From positions 3,008,001 to 3,072,000 of the forward strand of contig CAWELD010000003.1 in NCBI GenBank assembly GCA_963809895.1: 64,000 nucleotides of DNA. Direction: 5' to 3'. Of the stretch, positions 58,407-64,000 are shown piece after piece; the first letter of the stretch is position 1, and each line of letters begins with the position of its first letter. The stretch is from an uncultured Gemmatimonadales bacterium (GTDB lineage: Bacteria; Gemmatimonadota; Gemmatimonadetes; Longimicrobiales; Gaopeijiaceae). Made by a program: the position numbers and the translations under genes. Below the pieces are notes generated by a model. The model searched no databases. It saw nothing but the letters and a program-made list of their open reading frames with translations, and was not told the DNA's origin.

Positions 58407-61400
58407 TCAGCCTCCGCCGTTTCCTCCCCCACCCGAGGTCGTGGTGTCGCTTCTCGGATAATCGAAGGCCCGGTTCGGATAGGGCGGCGCATCGGGCACC
58501 GTCACCGGCTCCTCGGCCAGCTTGCCGAGCAGGTACTCGACCGCGGCGTCGAGCTGAGCGTCCTCGCCGTTGAAGGTCGCGTGCGGAAGGTTGTCGACCT
58601 CGATGTCGGGCACCACGCCGATCTGCTCCACCAGCCAGATGCCGTCGGGGCCGTACACACCCGTCATGGGCGCCCGTGCCAGGCCCCCGTCGCTGAGCGT
58701 GTTCACGCTGGACAGCCAGATCTCACCACCCCAGGTGCGCATGCCGATCACCGGCCCCAGTCCCAGGCGCCGGAAGCCCTCGGCGAAGGCCTCGCCGTCG
58801 GAGGCGGTCTCCTGGTCCACCAGCACCACCAGATGGCCCGCGGAAGGCGTACTGCATGTTCCAGGTGTTCTGGCCCACGCGGCCCTTCCAGTACATCCAC
58901 GCTTCACGGATCAGATCGCTCAGGACGAAGCTGTCGATGCTACCGCCGTTGTTGGAGCGTACGTCGACGATGAGCCCCCCGCGGTCGAAGACCGGATAGA
59001 ACTGGCGGTACCACTCGGTGATGTTGCCGCCGCTCATGGCGCGCAGGTGCACGTAGCCCAGCTTGCCGTCTCCGGCCTCCTCGACCCGCTCGCGGCGCGT
59101 GACCTCCCAGTCCGCGTAGCGCAGGCCGAAGTCGCTGCCCATGGCGGTGGCCACCGCCTCGAACGGCTCGCCACCTTCGGAGGGACGGACCGACAGCAAC
59201 ACCTGCTTGCCGGCCTGGCCGCGCAGCAGGGCGCCTACGTCGGGCACCTCCGCGGTAGGCTGTCCGTTGACGGCCACGATCACGTCGCCCTCGTCGATGC
59301 CCAGCGCCGGGTCGGCCAGCGGGCTGCGCTCGTCGGGGTAGTCGGGATCGTTCTTGTAGATGTGCTCGATGACGTGGCCGCCGGCCGCCGGGTCCAGCCG
59401 CGTGCGGGCGCCCAGCGACGCCACGTTGACGTCATCCGGCCCCTCGCGCAGGTCGCCGCCCCGCACGGCGGTGTGCAGCGCGCTCAGCTCTCCCACCACC
59501 TGGCCGATGACGTCGCTCAGCTCGTCGCGGGTCGTCACCCGGTCCACCAGGGGCAGGTAGCGGTCCCGCACCGCCCCCCAGTCGTTGCCGTGCATGCCCG
59601 GGTCGTAGAAGTAGTCCCGCTCCAGGCGCCAGGCATCGATGTAGATCTGCCGCCAATCCTCGCGGGGATCGATGGCGAAGGACCATCCGCCCAGGTCGAT
59701 GCCGGCGTCCGACAGGTCCGCGCGGGCGGGCCGGGCGTCGATCACGAAGAGGCCGCTCCCCCGTCGGACCAGCATCTTCTTGCCATCGGCCGACAGCTCG
59801 AAGGAGCCGATGCCCGCCGCCACCTCCACCGGCTCGGGGTCGTCGTTGCCGATGGTCATCGCCATGAGCTTGCGGCCGGGCCCGTCGGGGTTGGCGTCGG
59901 TCCAGAAGAGCGCCTTGTCGTTGGCCTGGAGTGCCGCATGGGTACCGGCCTCGACGGGCACCCGCCACACGCGTGCCATGAGCCCGTCGGCATCGACCGT
60001 GACCGCGGGCGGAGCGCCGTTTCCGGCACGCGAAGCGGCGCCCCCCGCTCCCGGGGCTCCGGTGCTCGACGAGTCCTCCTCGGCCATGAGCTCGTTGTCG
60101 GGCCGGAACGGGTTGTCGCCGTCGGCCCTGAGCGCCACGACGTAGAGCTCCATGGGATTTTCGAAGTACGGCTGCGGCGCGCGGGGCCCCCAGGGGGATC
60201 CCACGGCGGAGCGCAGGTTGCGGTCGCTCAGGAAGAAGAGGTGCTCGCCGTCACGGGACCAGGCGGGGTTGGCGCTGTTCACCCTGTCGCTGGTGACGTC
60301 CACCGACGTTCCCGTCTGCGAATCCCACAGGCGGATGCGCTGGAAGGAGTTCATGCTGGCCATCCGGAAGGCCAGCCAGCGGCCGTCGGGCGACCAGGTC
60401 AGGTCGCCCACCCCCTCACGGTTCTCCGAGATCACCCGAGGCTCGGAGCCGTCGGCGTGGCGCACCCACAGGTCGTTGTTGTTGTCCGTGTAGGCGATCC
60501 AGGCGCCGTCGGGCGAGGGCGTGGCGCCGAAGCGCAGGATGGTCCCGTCGTCGGTCAACGCCTCACCCTCCCCCACGCCGTCGGTGGGCAGGGCCATGAA
60601 CTCGAGCTCCCCGGACTCATCCGAGAGCACCAGCACGTGCTCGCCGTCGGGGGTGAAGGCGGCGTCGCGGTAGCGGACGCCGTCGTCGTGGCTCACGCGC
60701 ACCAGCCGGCCCGACTTCACCGGCGCCACGAAGACCCGTCCCCGGGACACCATGGCCACGTGCTCGCCCTTGGGATCCAGACTCACCGACTGGAGCGACT
60801 GCACCGGGTTCGTCACCCACTTCTCCCGCACCTGATCGAAGTCGCTGGCCAGGGTGATGGGGATCCGGCGCGGCGTGTCGGTGCCCACGTCCCAGCGCCA
60901 CAGATCGGCGCCGACGTTGTAGACGATGGTACCGTCGGACATGGTGGGCGCCCGGATGTCCATGCCGCTGTGGCGCGTGTGCTGAACCAGGTCACCGCCG
61001 TCGGGCGTCATGGACCACAGGTTCATGGTGCCGTCACGGTCGCTCACGAAGTAGACGCGCCCGTCCCACCACATGGGGCTGTGGCTCTCGCCGTCGTAGC
61101 TGCCCGTGAGCTCCACCGCTTCGGCGGTGCCGGACATGTCGTAGCGCCAGATGTCCCGGGCGGTCCCACCCGTGTAGCGCTTGGTGACGTTGTTGTGAAA
61201 GGCCGGCCGTGCGAAGAACAGCGCCGAGCCGTCGTCGTTGAAGACGCCCTCGGTGGCCTCGGACAGGGGGATCACGTCGCGGGTCTCGGTGGCCAGGTCC
61301 ATGGCCACGAGCTGCGGCCGGGGAAGCGTGGAGTACTGGACCGTGGTGAACACGAGACGCCCGTCGGGCATCCAGGTCGTGGCCAGCGCGCCGTTGGAGG

Positions 61401-61803
61401 TGTAGGTCCGGCGCGTCGTGGGCCCCCCGGAGAGGGGCATCGTGTACACGTCGGTGCTTCCCTCGTAATTGCCCGAGAACGCCAGCGTCGAGCCGTCCGG
61501 TGAGATCTTGGGCGCGCTCTCGCGCCCCGGGTGGGTGGTCAGGCGCTGCGCCATCCCCCCTTCGAGGGGCACCCTCCACAGATCCCCCTCGGCCTCGAAC
61601 ACCAGCGTCGAGCCGTGGAGCGAGGGGAAGCGGTAGAAGCCGAGCCCGTCGTCGACCGAGCCCACGTCGGCCGGAGCGACGTGATCGATGAGCGCGGGGG
61701 TCGGCGCTGCAGCGCGGGTCTGCGCGACCACGCCGCCGGCGGGCGCCAGGAGGAGGGCCAGGGCCGTGAAGACCGGACGGACGGAGCATCGGAGCGCGGA
61801 CAT
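58407..61803 (-). CDS. Tricorn protease-like S41 peptidase (frameshift at about 58836-58840)
   Basis: Signal peptide, FYRFPSLHG, PD40 repeats, KRYTGGTA, PDZ, GYVHL..M, DVRSNNGG, then ASDGE and GMRTWGG in the shifted frame. FRG|HLVVL is restored by removing one G. Confidence 0.9.
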
Positions 61804-61922
61804 GGTCGCCTCGGGGCCGGGGTGCGATCGGATCCTGCCGGGGACATCATACGTGCTCGGAGATCCCACGGCACTCGGGGCCGTCCCTCCCTCCCAAGCG
61901 GCACACCCGTTCCTCCTCGATA

Positions 61923-64000
61923 TCAGCCGAGAACCGCCCGGCCCACCTCCACGACGATGAGGAATCCCCCCGCGGTCAGCAGAGCCCGATTCAAGCCCAT
62001 GCCGAAGGACTTCTGGCGATGGTAAGCCGCCAACCACGTCATGAGGGCCAGCATGGCCCAGGGGACGGGGAAGAGGATGAAGACCACGGCGTTGAGCCCC
62101 CAGAGCGCCCAGCGCCCACCGGGGATCACGTCGAGAATGCCGGGCCGTCCCGCCGTCGTACGGCAATCGAGATGAAGCTGCGCGATCGGGCTCTCGGGCT
62201 CCGTCGAGCTCCGTGCCCCGCAGTCCGGGCAGCGATGAGTCACCCGCGCCCCATCCGATGCCCCGGCCTCCTCCACCAGGGACTCCAGGCGCACGCTGCC
62301 ACATCGAGGGCAGGCCCTGCGGAACAGGAGCTTCCGTACGATCCACGCCCCCGCGAGGAACAAGGGCACCAGCAGGACCAGGGCGGCGCGTTGCTCCCCC
62401 ACCGGGAATCCGAAGAACGCTCCGGGCTGCCAGACGCCCAGACTGGAGAGGAGCTCGGTGTTGTCCTGACGGATCGCCAGTGCCAGTAGCGCCGCGAGAG
62501 GGAGGATCGGAAAGAGCAGAGCAGGGGTGGCGTTCGACGAGCTGGCCCCCACCCTGGAGCCGCCCGTCGAGTAGACCGCTGGGTAGTTGCTCCGGAGCCA
62601 CTCGGCCTCTCCCAGCAGCGCCTCTCCACACCGCCGGATGTGCTGCTTGTCCCGAGCCTCCAGGCGGTCGCCCATGGTCGCCGCGAAGTACATGCAGTCG
62701 ATCAGCTTCCGGACAACGCCCTCGTCGAATCTCTGGAAGAAGTCCAGTGACAGCGACTTGCCCAACTCCGGATAACGCGAAGGAATGTCCTGGAAGTCCG
62801 GGTCATCGAGAAGACGCTCGTGGATGTCCAGGCTGAAGAGCTCTCCTTCCAACGCCTCCATGAGGTGGTGGTAGTGCTCCTGAGCCCGCTCCTGGTCGTC
62901 GTATTCCCGCTTGTGCGAGAGGATGGGGTGCAACAGCAGGATGACGGACGCGGTGTATTGCTCATGAGGCGTGAGCCCTTCCAAACGACCCAGGATCTCG
63001 TCCCAGGCTTCTTCCGGCACCTCGGGAAAGTTCTCCCGGTGCACCGAATAGCGGTGATTGACGGCGAACTCGAAGCGCTCTTCCGCCCGGTCCGGATCGG
63101 TGAGGACGACCGTCTGACCCGCGACCTTCGTGAACGGTACCGGTGCGAGGGCGAAGTAGCCGATCCCGAAATCGTCCGGCACGCGAACGCGGAATCGGGT
63201 CTCGAACTCCACCTGGGAGCGGCCCTCGACATCCTGGGCGTCGTTGTGGAGGACGTCACCCTCGAAGGTCACCGAGTCGGGCTCTACCACGACCGCCATC
63301 TCGAACGGCGCCGGCATGGGGATAGCGTGCTCGTTTTCGAGCAGCACGCGCGTGATGGTGAACTCGCTGCCCTCGGTGAAGAGGCCGTTCCGCCGACTCC
63401 CGTCGTCCTCGACGGTGATGGTCTGGGGATTCAGGCCACAGCCGCGATCCATGTACGGGACGCCGTCGATTTCCGCCAGAACGGTGGTGGAGCCCGCCTG
63501 GCCAGAAGCTCCACTGGAACCGTAGGGGCTCCCCGATCCTCCGTGACCGCCTCTGCCACCGGCCGCGGACAGACGCACCATCGGTAACAGGTGGGGGTTC
63601 TGCGATCGCACCAGAACGGTCCCGCCGTCGCCTCCACGACCACCTCGTCCACCGGCCCCGTCCTTCCCGCTCCGGCCAGGAGGGTCGCCCTGACCGCCGG
63701 CACCGCCTCGGCCTCCATCTCCGCCGTGGCCCCCGTTTCCGCCCGAGACGTCGATGTGGACCGAGCCCGTCACCTGGTAGCGGTGCTCGCCGCTGGTCAG
63801 GAAGAGGCCGTCGTCCTCCTCGAGCAGGTCGAAGCCCACGTCGACCCCATCGGCGGCATCGGTCCCGTTCCCGGCGTCCCCACCGGGAGTGCCGTCACCG
63901 CCCCTCTCCTGCTCGTCCCGGCCCGTGTGCGGGTTGTGACGTCTGCGCCCGGCCGATCCTGTTTGCCCGCCCCTTCCGTCACCGCCTCGGCGACCGTCTC
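61923..64000 (-). CDS. Large hypothetical membrane protein: Gly-rich repeats, beta-rich and helical domains, TM segments around a CxxC...CxxC zinc ribbon (5' end outside window)
   Basis: Frame is open to the window end (DGRRGGDGRGG...). GG.GG.GG repeats, CPRC...CPDC, about 4 TM segments. Confidence 0.75.
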   Translation of the reverse strand, partial: DGRRGGDGRGGQTGSAGRRRHNPHTGRDEQERGGDGTPGGDAGNGTDAADGVDVGFDLLEEDDGLFLTSGEHRYQVTGSVHIDVSGGNGGHGGDGGRGGAGGQGDPPGRSGKDGAGGRGGRGGDGGTVLVRSQNPHLLPMVRLSAAGGRGGHGGSGSPYGSSGASGQAGSTTVLAEIDGVPYMDRGCGLNPQTITVEDDGSRRNGLFTEGSEFTITRVLLENEHAIPMPAPFEMAVVVEPDSVTFEGDVLHNDAQDVEGRSQVEFETRFRVRVPDDFGIGYFALAPVPFTKVAGQTVVLTDPDRAEERFEFAVNHRYSVHRENFPEVPEEAWDEILGRLEGLTPHEQYTASVILLLHPILSHKREYDDQERAQEHYHHLMEALEGELFSLDIHERLLDDPDFQDIPSRYPELGKSLSLDFFQRFDEGVVRKLIDCMYFAATMGDRLEARDKQHIRRCGEALLGEAEWLRSNYPAVYSTGGSRVGASSSNATPALLFPILPLAALLALAIRQDNTELLSSLGVWQPGAFFGFPVGEQRAALVLLVPLFLAGAWIVRKLLFRRACPRCGSVRLESLVEEAGASDGARVTHRCPDCGARSSTEPESPIAQLHLDCRTTAGRPGILDVIPGGRWALWGLNAVVFILFPVPWAMLALMTWLAAYHRQKSFGMGLNRALLTAGGFLIVVEVGRAVLG

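Noticed and set aside
61804..62631. N-terminal extension of the 1302-aa tricorn ORF
   Set aside because: Overlaps another gene in a different frame. The signal peptide begins at the ATG at 61803.

Overview
High-GC (roughly 70% by eye) bacterial chromosomal window. The gene content (four Hanks-type Ser/Thr kinases, a kinase-linked ECF sigma factor, a PadR + duplicated orphan ABC permease pair, a VPS10/BNR hydrolase, tricorn and S41 peptidases) suggests Gemmatimonadota or an Acidobacteriota-like lineage (inference). About 41 protein-coding genes are supported: monomeric isocitrate dehydrogenase, lysine 6-aminotransferase, a uracil permease, an ABC exporter operon, many exported hydrolases, an MbnP/MbnH pair, and a cytochrome c/beta-barrel fusion followed by a pentaheme cytochrome. 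I saw no rRNA, tRNA, cas gene or transposase. Five genes are broken by single-base frameshifts, four of them in homopolymer runs, which points to long-read assembly errors. The most unusual signal is non-coding. Two solo AbiEi-like/DUF559 nuclease paralogues are accompanied by three copies of a phased ~185-bp module: three ~24-nt units with core GGCAA(T/C)(T/C)ATC at 60-61 bp period plus one inverted unit 51-53 bp away. Two copies bracket the first gene at a constant 1275-bp offset and one follows the second gene. A 36-bp repeat / 29-bp spacer / 36-bp repeat also lies next to the first gene.
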